A model generated the notes under the pieces. The model ran no database searches and was not told the DNA's origin. It saw nothing but the letters and a program-made list of their open reading frames with translations. 64,000 nt of DNA from Dictyostelium discoideum (Eukaryota): assembly GCA_000004695.1 (NCBI GenBank), contig CM000154.2, positions 1,664,001 through 1,728,000 of the forward strand, written 5' to 3'. Positions 41,618-54,253 of this stretch are shown piece after piece; position 1 is the first letter of the stretch; the number at the start of each line of letters is the position of its first letter. The translations under genes and the position numbers were made by a program.

Positions 41618-41625
41618 TTTCTTTT
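41490..41625. repeat. (TTA)n/(ATT)n microsatellite followed by a poly-T tract
   Basis: Direct reading. It lies in a gene-poor region. Confidence 0.9.
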
Positions 41626-42212
41626 TTTTTTTTTTTTTATTTTTATTTTTTCTTTTTTTATTTTCCAATATTTTTTCACCTTTTTTTTTTTTTTTTTTTT
41701 TTTTTTCCTCATTATTTTTTTTTTTTCCAAAAACCAACATGTTCCAATTTTGATCATTAATAAATATTCATAAAAAAAAAAAAAAAATATATTATTTCTA
41801 ACGACCAAATTTCATTTATTTATTTATTATAGATGCCCTTTTAATCAATTAAAAATAATATAAAAAAAATTAATTTTTGTTTGTGTCCTTTGTTCCTTTG
41901 TTCCTTTGTTCGTAAATTTGTGTTTAGTAATTGTGTTTTGCTTGTGTTTGTGTTTTTTTTTTGTTGTCTTTGTAATTTTTAATTGTCATATTAGTAGCCA
42001 AAAATAAAATAAAATAAAAAAAAAAAAAAAAAATAAAAAAAACAGAATAAGTCCAAAAAAAAAAAAAAAAAAAAAAAAAAGTATAAGTCCTAAAAAAAAA
42101 AAAAAAAAAAAAAAACAAAAACCTTGTGTAAAGCTTTTTGTCATTATTTGCGTGTGTAACTTTCTATTTTTGCAATAAATTTTAAAAAAACAAATACATA
42201 TCTTTTTATAAA

Positions 42213-42385
42213 ATGTCTGCTGCCGTTGTTAAGCCATTCAAAATTTTTAATGATTTTGAAAATAAAGAAAACATAGATCCTTTGACTGGAATATGTTCAA
42301 ATACAAAGCCAAACATTTTCACATCAAAAAAAAGAGTTCCACTCAGAGATATAACTCCTGTTACAACTGTAAGATATTAATAGAA

Positions 42386-42421
<36 letters not shown>

Positions 42422-42703
42422 TATTCAATTTTTTTTTTATACTAATTTTATTTTATTTTTTCTCCAAATATATTTTTTTTTTTAATATAGAAATATCCAA
42501 CGTCACCAAAAAAATCAAGACAAGTCGCTGTTGATTTAGCTTCTAATTATATCCCACCTGTTTTCAATTTGCAAATTTCATCCAACGTTCCAGCAACTAA
42601 AAAACCAATCAATAATGGTTTCAATTTTATTAATGGAAACTCAAATGGTAGTTTCAGTATCTATCATGATGTTCCAACTTCATCTGTTAAAACAATTAGA
42701 TAA
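42213..42703 (+). CDS. Candidate small protein (122 aa) with a KEN box and a D-box-like motif. Two exons: 42213..42368 and 42491..42703. This is a putative securin-like or APC/C-substrate-like protein.
   Basis: ATG at 42213: MSAAVVKPFKIFNDFENKENIDPLTGICSNTKPNIFTSKKRVPLRDITPVTT, then GTAAGA and a typical AT-rich intron ending tttaatatag. Exon 2 is KYPTSPKKSRQVAVDLASNYIPPVFNLQ...SIYHDVPTSSVKTIR*. Dictyostelium-type codon usage. Not in the ORF track because each exon is below the length threshold. Confidence 0.4.
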
Positions 42704-42895
42704 TTAAAAAAAAAAAAAAAAAACCAAAAAAAAAACCCCCGCAAAAAAAAAAAAAAAAAAAAGGAAAAAAAAAAAAAGGAAAAAAACAATTATTAATTGG
42801 GTTTTATAATAAAACCTTATAAAAAAAAAAATAACAACAATAATTAATAATAATATATCAATATTGACCTTTTTTTATGAAGAAAAAACAAAAAA

Positions 42896-42929
<34 letters not shown>

Positions 42930-44037
42930 AAAAAATATTTTAAAATAGAACTTAATTTTTAAAATAAATTTCTTCATTTTTTTTTCCCTTTTTTTTTCCT
43001 TAAATTGATTTCTACTATTTTTTTTTCTTTGACTTTTTATTAAATTAAAATAAAAAAACACTAAATATTTTCTAATTTTTTTTATTGATAACTAATTTTC
43101 CAATTTTTAATTTTCTGAAACTTTTTTTTCCAAGTAAAATTTTATAAATCTTATAGTTTTTTTTAAAAAAAAGATAAATAATTTAATTCTTTATTTTTTT
43201 ATTTTATTTTTTCATTTTTTTTATTAATTTTTTAATTGTTAGGATTATTTTATTTGTTTTATTTTTTTATTCTTATTTTTTTCAAAATTATTAAAAAAAA
43301 TTAAAAAAATATAACAATCAAATAATTTTTTTTGGTTTTTTTTTTCAAAATATTTAATATAAAATATTTTCCCTCTGGTGGTTCTTCAAAATATAAAAAA
43401 AAAGAATACAACCTTTTCTATTTTAGAATTTTTTTTTTTTTTTTTTTTTTTTCGTTCGATTTTATTTTTTTAGAATTTAATTATTTAAAATTCATTTTTT
43501 GTAATTGTTTTATTTTAAAGAAAAACGAATAGGGATAAATTTAATATAAAAAATAGATTTTTAAAAAAAAAAAAAATTGATTTGTTATTTTTTTATTTTT
43601 TAATTAAATAAGTTTTATAAATTTATTATTTTTATTTTATCGTTTTTTTTAAAAAAAGATAAATTAGAGGGCAGATTTAAAAATTTAATTTGTTATTACA
43701 TTTTTTACTTTAACTAACATTTTAATTTGAAAACATGAGACAAATCCACCAGCGCCGCATAAAATTACTTTTCACCACTTTGGTTCTGATTTTTAAATCC
43801 AACCTCCCTTAGTTTTGTTTTTTTTTTTGTTGGATTGCGGGTGTATTTTTTTTTTAATCTTATTTTTTTATTTTCTATGAGATTTTTGGGAGTTTATTTT
43901 TTTATTTTTTCTGTATTTAGAAATTATTTATTTAATATATTAGTGAATATAAAAAGAAAAAAAAATTAATAAAAAAAAAAGAAAAAAAAATAAAAAAAAA
44001 AAAAAGAAAAAAAAAAAATTAAAAAAATAATAATAAA

Positions 44038-44547
44038 ATGAAATTAATTTTATAGTTTGCTTATTATTAATATTCAATTATTTTATTGGCATTAGTTTTG
44101 GAAATATACAATTAAATTCAAACCAACAACAACAACAAAAACAACAAATTATAAACCCACAAGATCATATGGAATGTGAAATATGTTTTTACATGGTAAG
44201 ATTATTAAAAGATTTATTAGCAGAACAAAGAACAGGAGATGAAATCATCAAAAAATTAAAAATTTATTGTGGTTTCCTTCCAGAAGATGATGATCAAGTT
44301 GTATGTAAACCAATATCCTTTTTTCCACTGTTTTTTTTTTTTTCTCAACTATTTATTTTTTCTTACAATTTTTTATTTTTCATTTTTTATTTTTTTTAAA
44401 TAGTGCAAACAAATCATTACCAATAATGGTACTAAATTAATAGAAACTGAACGAAATTCATTAGGTTGACCTTCTGATCTTCGATCAAAAACTTGTAGTA
44501 TCGTGGATTTTTGTGTAACAACACCACCAATAACTTATAAATTCTAA
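44038..44547 (+). pseudogene. Saposin-like (SAPLIP/amoebapore-like) gene, apparently disrupted by a frameshift near the start and an in-frame TGA
   Basis: ATG at 44038 starts a potential signal peptide (MKLIL-IVCLLLIFNYFIGISFG) only if 1 nt is added in a T run. ORF 44169 (MECEICFYMVRLLKDLLAEQRTGDEIIKKLKIYCGFLPEDDDQV) then has a GTATGT...aaatag intron. After it comes CKQIITNNGTKLIETERNSLG, an in-frame TGA, and PSDLRSKTCSIVDFCVTTPP. The cysteine spacing C-x2-C-x27-C-x10-C ... C-x5-C fits a saposin B fold. Confidence 0.35.
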
Positions 44548-45021
44548 TTAAGGAGTTCTCATTCCTCATCTAAAAATGATATACTCTCTATCCCTGTAGA
44601 GTTTGTTTGGGGATACTCTTCAAAATTTATTTCAACAATATACTGCAATAGTTATTTAATTATATTTGTGAAATAAAAAAAATAATAACAACCACCCCAT
44701 TAAAATAATTAGAGTATCCCTAAGAGAACCTGATTTTTATTTGATTTTTTTTTTATTATTATTATTTTTTTGGTGAATCGGACAATAATACCATTTTATT
44801 TAGTTATAAAATAAAAAAAAAATAAAAAAATAAAAAAAAAAAGAACAATAGACTCATGAGTTAAAAAAAAAAATTATAAACTAAATATTTAGTTTCTTAT
44901 AATTATTTAATTTTTTTTTTATTTTTTTTATTTATTTTAAATAGTAAATTTATATGTATTAAATATATGTATATAGGTATTTATATGAATGTATATTATA
45001 GATAGAGATTATTTTTATTAT

Positions 45022-48000
45022 TTAAAATAAGAATAATTCTTTTTTAATACCTTCTCTCTTCCAAGCTGGAATCTTTAACCATTCAGTTCTAGTCATTTTG
45101 AAAACTTTTTCAAAATCTTCATCATTGAGATAAGTATCCAATTTAGTAGAGTCAACGCCAGCAGGTAATGGATCGGCCAATAACTCTTCATAGGTATAGA
45201 TTTCTTTGAGATAATCTTTAAGTACTTGTTCAACTGGGATACCATCTTTTTCAACCAAAGGTAATTTATTCTTTGGATATTTAGAGGTACACCAAGCACG
45301 GAAATAACTTTTGAAACCAATTGGTTCTTCGAATGGAGTTGCAATTAGTACTTTAGTGTGCTCTTTTGAATGACCCAATTTTGAAGTTTCAATAAAGTTT
45401 AATACAACTTCCATAGAGGCACGTTTAGTACGATGAGTTGCACGACTACCAATCCAAAGGTAAATATGACTTTGTACATCCAATATACAAACGGATCCAA
45501 TATCTAGATCATCTTGAGAGAATGGTGATTCCTCTGTAACTTCAACGATACCCGATGCATTACTACAAACAAAGAAACGTGGTTTATAAGTGAATGAGGT
45601 TGGAATTGAACTACTTTGAATCATAATATCATTAAAGTATTTTTGTCTACCACCTGTACTTTCAAAAGCTGACCAAAATTCATTGGATTCACTACCTTCT
45701 TTTAAGATTTCGATTGGAGCTGAAGTGGAATTGAAATTCTCTGCGATTGAGAGAGCAGAGTTTTGTTCAGCATCCAATGAGAATTTACCATGCCAAATGT
45801 AAATCTTTTCAGGAGTACGCAAGATTGAAACATGTAAAGTATTTAACATTGAGCTTGAGAATTCTACTTGAACGGCACGAATATCAATTTTATCTAAACC
45901 TTTAACTTGATAGAGTGATGGTTTCTTTGGATCATAGTTATTGTATTTACCTTTATGAATTACCATTTTGGTTTTGAAAAGATTTAAAAAGTTTTTACAT
46001 TCTTTATTTGCAACTACTCTAGTTTGAACACAAGCACCAACCAATGATTCATTGAGATCAACTGTTAAATAAGCGGAAGTACCTTTTTCATTGATTGAAG
46101 AATCTCTACCTAAATAATAATAGATAACATGAGCTTCCTTATTATTTTGCATATAGGTATAGAGAACGATATAACTATCTGATGAAAAGAATTGAGAATA
46201 TAAATGTTGTGGATGATCAATCTTTTCATAGTCTTCAATTTTCCAAACTTTAACACGACCACCTTCATCAATTGGTATTGTGAATAAGGCTTCATTATCA
46301 ATGAATGGAGTTGTCATACGTGATGCCAATGTTTCAATTTTATGCTCAACCTTTGAGGTTGCAACATGACTTTTAATCTCTTGACGAGTGGTTGAAATTG
46401 GCAACATACCTGGATAATTTGCAAATTTCTCTTTGAAGAGATTATTTTCACCAAATTCGGTTAATCTTGTTATCTTTGTCCAATCTACACGATCTTTTTG
46501 AGCTTGTAATACCAATGCAACTTTAGTTGCCATTTTTCTTTGAATTGATGATGATTCTTTACCAACCCAAACAAAGATTTCAGTGACACAATCAACAACA
46601 TATACAAATTTAGTATTGAGAATTTCTTTATTTGGTAATTTCCAATCAGTACCTTCCCAAGCTAAACGAGCACGTAATGAATTCTTTTTAACATCTAAAC
46701 CAACACGATAAATTGTAGTTTTAATTGATTCAGTATCTTGTTCCTCTGGAGTTGGAGTTGTTGCGATTGGATCGGAACTATTACCACCTAAAATTTCCCA
46801 AAAATCAAATGATTGTTCATCACGACCTTGATCCAATTGAATTAGTGTTGATTTACCACCTCTTTCTTTTGTACGAATTCTATTTGCAAAATCTAATGCC
46901 TTTGCTTTATTGACACGACTTGTTTTTGAACCTGCCCAGACGAAAATTCTTGGACCAGCATCTAAAATAAAAGAGTTATGACAATTCAATGATGATGTTG
47001 ATAATTTAACCATTCTAACTCTAATCTTTCTTTTACCTTTAACTTGAATTAAAATCTTTTGTTTACCATTTTTAATTGCTGTTAAATCCAAATAACGTGT
47101 TAAATCATCAGCTGATGGATCCAATAAATTACCATTACTACCAGATGATGGAATTGATGATGATGATGGTAATGGTGAGAGTACTTCTTTTTCATTGATA
47201 CCGAACATTTTAATGATATCAATTGAACGTTTTCTTGCAGCTTCCAAACCATCGATCCAACGAGTACAATCATCAAATTCTGCTGTTGGTGCGATTGTAC
47301 GGAAATTACAAACTACTTGATTCATTGAATCATATAGAGTGAATTCATTTGGTGAAATCTTTTTAATTAATGAAATTGAAGATAATTGGATTCTGAGCTC
47401 TGGTGTTGTTGATAGTTTATTACGTGATACAAATAAATCCTCTGCTAATAAGGCAACAAAACATTGACCCCACATTGAAAAGATACCAGGTAATTTTCTT
47501 GATAATTGACCTTCCAATGGTTGCTCTTCTTCCTCTTCTTCAACACCCCCTTCATTGGTATTTGATTCGTCATCACTCATTGGTGAACTAATTAATTCAT
47601 CCATTGTTGAAGCTCTTGTTAATACTGATTTTGGTTTAGTTTCACCTGAACTCTTTAGATTTTGACGTAATACTGATAACCATGATCCACGTTCTTCTTT
47701 GGTTTTTGCTAATAAATGAATGATACGATTTGGTGTTGACAATTGGAAACTAAAACCTTGAATTGTGAAAATTTCTTTGGTTTTATGTGCAGAGATTGCT
47801 TTCTCCAAATGAATAGTCTCTAATGGATCCAATTGTTTCAATGATTTATTCTTGTATGAATAAAGCATACCCTCTGAAACTACATACCATTTCTCTGTAT
47901 TTGAATTCCATAATAAACCTGGTATTAATTCTGTTAAATTACCTTCAATTACAATATCACTTTGTTTAATACCTGTACTTGAATTTAATGGAGTTGATGA

Positions 48001-50213
48001 TGTTGAATTGTTTGCTCTTAATGGTGGTGGTGTTGAAGAAGAAGATGTAGTGGTGGTGGTGGTAGTAGTGGTAGTGGTGGTTGATGAAGTTTGAGCAATT
48101 GATAATGGTGATGCAAATGTTGATGGTGGTGTCGATGTTGATGATGATGGTGATGGTTTTGAAAATCCACCTGAACTTTTCAATGATGTATATGATGGAT
48201 TTCTTGATAATACACTATGATGTCTAGTTTGAGTTGGTGTTGATGATTTTGGTGTTGTTGAATTTGGTGATTCGCTACCTTGTTGTTGTTGTTGTTGTTG
48301 TTCTTTTGGTGATGGTACAGAGAATTTTTGTAATGCATTTTTATTTTCAGATATAACCATTGGTGATGGTGCAACAGGTGTTGTATTAACTAAATGAAAT
48401 TCACCCATTGTTGGTGAAACAACAGATTGATCAACTTGTTGTTTCATTTCTCTATAAGCATTAATTGATTGACACCAAGCATCTCTTTGTTTAACAGTTG
48501 AACATTCCATTCTATGTTCTTTTCCATTTAAAAGTATAATATTGAAACGTAAAGACCATTCCTCACCAGAGGTATTTTCATCTTCATCATAAATGTCAAC
48601 ATATTTTATATTTAAGACTGGTGAATCCCAAATTGCTTGAGCAGAATCTTCATTTAAGAAACAATAAATTTTATCTTTTACAATCTTTAAATATCTATTC
48701 TCATAAGAATTAAATAACCAACCTTCAATTTCTTGTTTAACAATACCTTCAGTAATGAATGGTGAATCACCGCCATTACCATCACCATCGCCACCACCAC
48801 CACCACTACCACTATTACCAATTGAAAGTTTTGATAATTGTTCTAATTTATCTTTTTCTTTACTTTTACCACCTTCTTCTTCTGATACTTCATAAATTGA
48901 TTGAACTCCATCTGGTTTCATTGAGATTGTGTGTGGAATAACTTTTAATTGTTTATCAGCGAACCAAAGTGAGCAATCTGTAGTTGGATCACCAGATGGG
49001 CAAGGAGGGAAAATATCTTCTTGGAAAAGTTGTGATTTTCTTGGACACATAAATGAAACCATTTCAACAGAATTTGCAGCAGTTAAACGTAAGAATCTAT
49101 CGATTTCACAAATGTTAACATCGACAACACTCTTTGGTAATAGGGTGATAGCACTTTGAGTGACATTACCAAATGTTGCTTTACCAATATGATGAGCGTT
49201 ATTCTTTTCAATTTCATAATAATAGATACCATCACCTTTACCGCCTAAATAAACCATATTGGTACCGAAATCATAATAAGGTGATAGGATTGAAGAATCG
49301 GTTGTAACATCTTTTGAAACCAATGGTTGTGAAGATTGTAATTGACGTGGATCCCAAAGATATAATTGACGTTGTGCACTTTTATTTGCGCCAACAGTAC
49401 AAATCAATTCTAAACCATTTGAATCAGCCCAACATAATTTAAATCCTTGTGCACCTTCGTGAGTTGATATAGTTTGAATTGGTGTTGATTGACTTCTTGG
49501 ATCGTATAATCTCATTTTCTTATCCCTTGATGAGGTTGCCAACTTGTCACCACCACTCCAAGTATTCCAACCGACAGACATAATCAAATCTTCATGTCCT
49601 GTTAATTTTTGAATCACTGATGATTGTTCACCTGTGCTTGATAAATCCCAAATATCCAATGTATAATCCAATGTTGATGACATAAATAATGAATCCACTG
49701 ATGGATGAAAATAAACACCTGTAACTCTTTTTTGTTGTTTTGGTAATGTAATCAATGGTGTCACTAAATTATCCTTTATCAATCCTTCCTCTGGCACTTC
49801 CCATATCTTTATCGTACAATCTCTACTACCAGTTGCAATAACATAATCATTAAAATTACTAAATTCAAAACATGATATTGGATCTGTATGTCCTTTAATA
49901 CAAAATGGTGTATCTGGTACTTTACCATGATTACTTAATTTTGTAATTGATAAACATGATCCACCTAAATAAATAAAAATAAAATAAAATAAAAATATTA
50001 ATATATTTATTTAATTATTTAATTATTTATTAATACTTTACCACCAATTGAAGAAGGATAAGCAAATAAACTTTTTGAAGATTTTAAAAGTTCTTCAGAT
50101 GCTGAATTAACTTTTAAATTTGTATAAAATAATTCTTTTTTACAAACTTTGCTAAATACATTTCTTACTTTTGATTCCCTTACAATTGATTTTTCAATAC
50201 TTTTATATTCCAT
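45022..50213 (-). CDS. vilA: Villidin: coronin-like WD-repeat N terminus, central PH-like region, gelsolin repeats and a C-terminal villin headpiece. About 1704 aa. Two exons: 50042..50213 and 45022..49964.
   Basis: The N terminus aligns with coronin (…GSCLSITKLSNHGKVPDTPFCIKGHTDPISCFEF…GSRDCTIKIWEVPEEGL…RKSQLFQEDIFPPCPSGDP). A long Ser/Thr-rich linker follows. Gelsolin-type segments are present (e.g. FVYVVDCVTEIFVWVGKESS). The headpiece is …LNDEDFEKVFKMTRTEWLKIPAWKREGIKKELFLF. One intron, G|GTAAAG...atttatttag, with phase checked. The computed 1704 codons match the known Dictyostelium villidin architecture. Confidence 0.88.
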
Positions 50214-50625
50214 TTTTTATATCGTTTTTATTATTATTATTATTATTTTTTTTTTTTAAAAATACATTAAAATATACACACAAATTTCTTTTAAAAATTT
50301 GGATATTTATTAGTTTTATAAAAATACAATGAAAAAAATAAAATAAAATAAAAATAAAAAGTCTTAAAAAAAGTAAAATCTAAATTTTACAATTTTGGAA
50401 AAATGAAAAATAATATTGGTAGGTTAATAAATAATTTTAAAATTATGCAATTTGTAAAAATAATTTTGGTTTAAATATTAAAAAAAAAAAAACGAATAGA
50501 AATTTATTAATTTAAATTAATAAATAAAAACCTTTTAAATATGTAAATATATATTTATATATATTAACAAGAAAGAAAATCTCCCCAATTAATTATGGGA
50601 ATAAAAAATAGTAAAAAAAAAAAAT

Positions 50626-50663
<38 letters not shown>

Positions 50664-52259
50664 GGAATGAAAGATTATATTCTAAATAATATTGTTATTA
50701 AATTTGAAACAAAAAAAAAAACTAGAATAAAAGATTATAATTCTAAATAATTTACAAAAATATTTTAAAATAAAAAGAATTACAATAATGAAAAACAAAA
50801 ATAAAAAAAAAAAAATAAAAATAAAAATTTAAAAAAATAAAAATAAAAAATTTAAAATAAAAATGAAACTAATAAAACACATTATCGTACACTGTTTATG
50901 TGGATTTTTAGTTTTTAAAAAAAAATAAATATATATTTATGTGGGGATATTTATAAATATCTAAATAATTTTAAAAAAAAAAAAAATATACATACTAAAG
51001 GGGTATTAGAAAAAAAAAAAAAACACAAATTGTGTGCAGGAAAAAAATAATTTTATATAGTATTATTAATATTAATATTAAGTGAAGTGAGTTTATATAT
51101 TTTTGCAATAAACAAAAATAAAAATAATAAAAATAAGAATGATAAAAATAATAATAATAATAATAATAATAAAAAGAGATTGTTGATTTTTAGATGATAA
51201 TAAAAAAAAATAATAATAATAATAAAAATAAAATTAAAAAAAAAAAAAAAATTAAAAAAAAACAAATAAATTAATTATTTTACAGTTAAAAATTTCAATA
51301 AAATCATGATGGAGTGTTTTTGTGTGTCTTTTTTTTTTTTATTTTGTATGTAAAAACTCTAAAATTATCATAATAAATGTTTATTTATGCGAAAGTATTG
51401 TTTTTTTTTTTTTTTTATTTTTTTTTTTATTTTTTTTTTTGTCCACACACCCACACATTTCACCACCAAACACACACCCCCACAAAAGAATATTTTTAGG
51501 AAGTTTAAAAATAGATTATTACAGCAGGAAAACAATAATATGTTGTTTTTTTTATGTGAGAGTTTCTATTTGTGTGAATTTATATGATTACCTTTAATTC
51601 ATATATTGACTGTGTATGTTATTATTAATGTTGTTATTAATGTTATCTAAATGAAAACAATAAGCACCCCTCTAATAATATAACAGCTAAACATTACACT
51701 AACTAACAACAAGCAGCACGTACACACACAATAAACACACACACACACAAAACATCTTTAAGCTTGTTTTATTTTTTTTCTTTTTTTTTTTATCTGTTTA
51801 ATCTAGATTTTGTAAATTACAATTATTATCATTGATTTTTTTTGTAGTTTCATTTAATTTTACCTGAAAAGATTTTGTTAATATCTTTTTATTATAACCC
51901 CTAATCAAATTACTACATTTGTATAAACTCTTTTTTTTTTTTTTTTTTTCCTTTCTTTTTATTTTTATTTAATTATTTGTACTTCCAAAATACATCATAT
52001 TCATCGACATATAAAAAAAACAATATTAACTGTAAAAAGAATATATATAAAAAAAAACTAATGATAAAATAAATAAATAAATACGATCAAATTTTGATTT
52101 ATGAGTGAGATGATAATCCAAGTGTTGTGTGAAATTTACCTTTTATATTTTTTTATTTTTTATTTTTTATTTTTATTTATTTTTTTATTTTTATTTTTTT
52201 ATTTTTATTTTTATTTATTTTTTTATATATAAAAATACAAAATAGAACACACTAAAAAA

Positions 52260-52291
<32 letters not shown>

Positions 52292-52408
52292 AAAAAAGAA
52301 AACAAAAATAAAAAAAGTGGTTTTGATTGCTGATTAAGTGTTTTTTTTTTTTTTTTTTTGTTATTAAAATAAAAATTAAATAAAATTTTGCAAATATTTT
52401 CGTGAGGC

Positions 52409-52439
<31 letters not shown>

Positions 52440-53039
52440 AAAAAAATAAAAATAAAAAAAGGATTTTTTCAAAAACACAACTGACTCAAAAGATCTGAAT
52501 TTGCTTATTAAAATACAAATAGAAGCATATATACAACTACATTGTTTAAATACTCCGCATAAATCATTTCTATTTTTAATGAAATGACTAAAATAATGAT
52601 TAGCTATTTCATAGTCTTTTATTATTTTATAGTGTGAACGTATTTTATATTCTTTTATTATTTTATAGTCTGAATACATTGCTAAAAATACAATCTACAT
52701 GAATTTGGGTTAACCCCATTTAAAATAAAAATATTATTTTTTTTTTATTATTTTATTTTTTTTATTTTTTTTATACATAATATTTGTGTTAAAATGAAAT
52801 TTATTTTTTTTATGTTTTTTATAATTGCTTTAGGTCATACACTTATAAACAGTTTTGATCAAGAATGTAGCAATCTTTATTTATTGAAACGTGATTTAAC
52901 CTATTTAACATCAATATTTTAAATAAAAAAAATATTTATTTAAAAATTTTTTAGTTTTTTTTAGTTTTTTTTAATTTTTAATTTTGATTTTTTTTTTTTT
53001 TTTTCATTTTAAATATTCATTATAATTCAACATACAAAA

Positions 53040-53198
53040 ATGGTAAACAATGATGCAAAAATTGGTAGAAGAGAATTCTATGATAGAGTAGAATCGGTCA
53101 GACCAAAATCTCCACCACGTGAACGTCCAACATACACTTATTCAAACAGCCGTACAGTCGACGGTTATTCAAATCGTGGCCCAAGAGCTGATTTCTAA
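53040..53198 (+). CDS. Small ORF (52 aa, MVNNDAKIGRREFYDRVESVRPKSPPRERPTYTYSNSRTVDGYSNRGPRADF) in a locally GC-richer patch
   Basis: ATG to TAA, read by hand. The codons used (cgt, gtc, gac, ggc) are noticeably less AT-biased than the surrounding sequence. Not in the ORF track (under 60 aa). Confidence 0.25.
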   Translation: MVNNDAKIGRREFYDRVESVRPKSPPRERPTYTYSNSRTVDGYSNRGPRADF

Positions 53199-53736
53199 TC
53201 TTTTAAAAAAAAATTATTAGTTTTTTTTATATGTCTATATGGTGAATGTAAATATTTACAATTTATAGTAGCAATAATAAATACTTTATTTTCAGTATTG
53301 CCAACAATCAGCAATACTAATTATATAATTTATTTAATTTTAGCACAACATCATCGAAAGAAAATTCAAAATAATAAAAAGAAATAAAAAAATAAAATTT
53401 TTTTTTTTTGTTTTATTTATTTATTTATTTATTTATTTCACCACAACCATTGGTTCATATTTTGGCAAACCCGATCCTTATGAAATATTAATCCAAGATT
53501 GTAGATGGAAGAAAGATAGTTTAAAAGTTAGATTCAAAATTGAACAAGTACAATAAATTTATATATTTAAAATAAAATTCATGAAGCATGTAATTGTTAT
53601 GTAAATTTTTACATAGACGCGACGATGCAAAAATAAATTTTAATTTTTTTTGTTTTTTTTTTTTTTTTTTAAAAATGAGATATATTTTTATAAAAATCAT
53701 TGCAAAAAAAATTTTTACTATATTTCTTAATTCAAA

Positions 53737-54105
53737 ATGAACAACATTATTACTGTCGAATCGTGTAATAATACTAATAAATGGAACAACACATTTTATT
53801 TAAAATATTCTGATCACCAAATCAATTACACCCAAAGAGCTTGTTGGGCAATCGGAGTTAGTGGAGACGTTGTTGATCATGCATTAGTATCAATCGATTC
53901 AAATCATTACAGACTTACTGTTACTTTCGACGGAAATCCAAGTAAATTCAGAATTCTTAGAGGCGACCGTGAAAATATTATGAATGAAATTGTTACTTTA
54001 AATGGTACTCAAAACTTTACAATTCATGGACTTGCCAAGGAAGAATCAATTAAAAACACTGCCCTCCATTTTCAACATATTCAACCAGACTATACATTTG
54101 TATAG
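53737..54105 (+). CDS. Hypothetical protein (122 aa), intronless, compositionally atypical (higher GC than neighbouring genes)
   Basis: ORF-track entry. The sequence contains gggcaatcggagttagtggagacgttgttgatc, ttcgacggaaatcc and agaggcgaccgtg. No domain recognised. Confidence 0.4.
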   Translation: MNNIITVESCNNTNKWNNTFYLKYSDHQINYTQRACWAIGVSGDVVDHALVSIDSNHYRLTVTFDGNPSKFRILRGDRENIMNEIVTLNGTQNFTIHGLAKEESIKNTALHFQHIQPDYTFV

Positions 54106-54253
54106 GGTATTATTAAATTAAAAGACCAAAATAAATTTAAAAGGTTATTTTTGAACCGTTTGTTTACCAACAAAATAGATAACTCTTATATAAGGGACAA
54201 TACATATTATTTTATTTTAAAAAATTATTTCGTAAATAAAATCGTTTTGTAAA

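Noticed and set aside
41428-42118. ORFs 41428..41808 (-), 41482..41760 (+), 41489..41740 (-) and 41924..42118 (-)
   Set aside because: They are (TTA)n/poly-T/poly-A artefacts in the gene desert.
45093-49159. Short ORFs inside villidin (45093-, 46110-, 46725+, 47403+, 48180-, 48759+, 48929+)
   Set aside because: They are alternate-frame or antisense readings of a long exon with overwhelming homology support.
53441-53560. Exon-like C-terminal fragment IGSYFGKPDPYEILIQDCRWKKDSLKVRFKIEQVQ*
   Set aside because: No upstream AG acceptor or start codon could be found, so it may be noise. It is mentioned because it is GC-containing like neighbouring ORFs.
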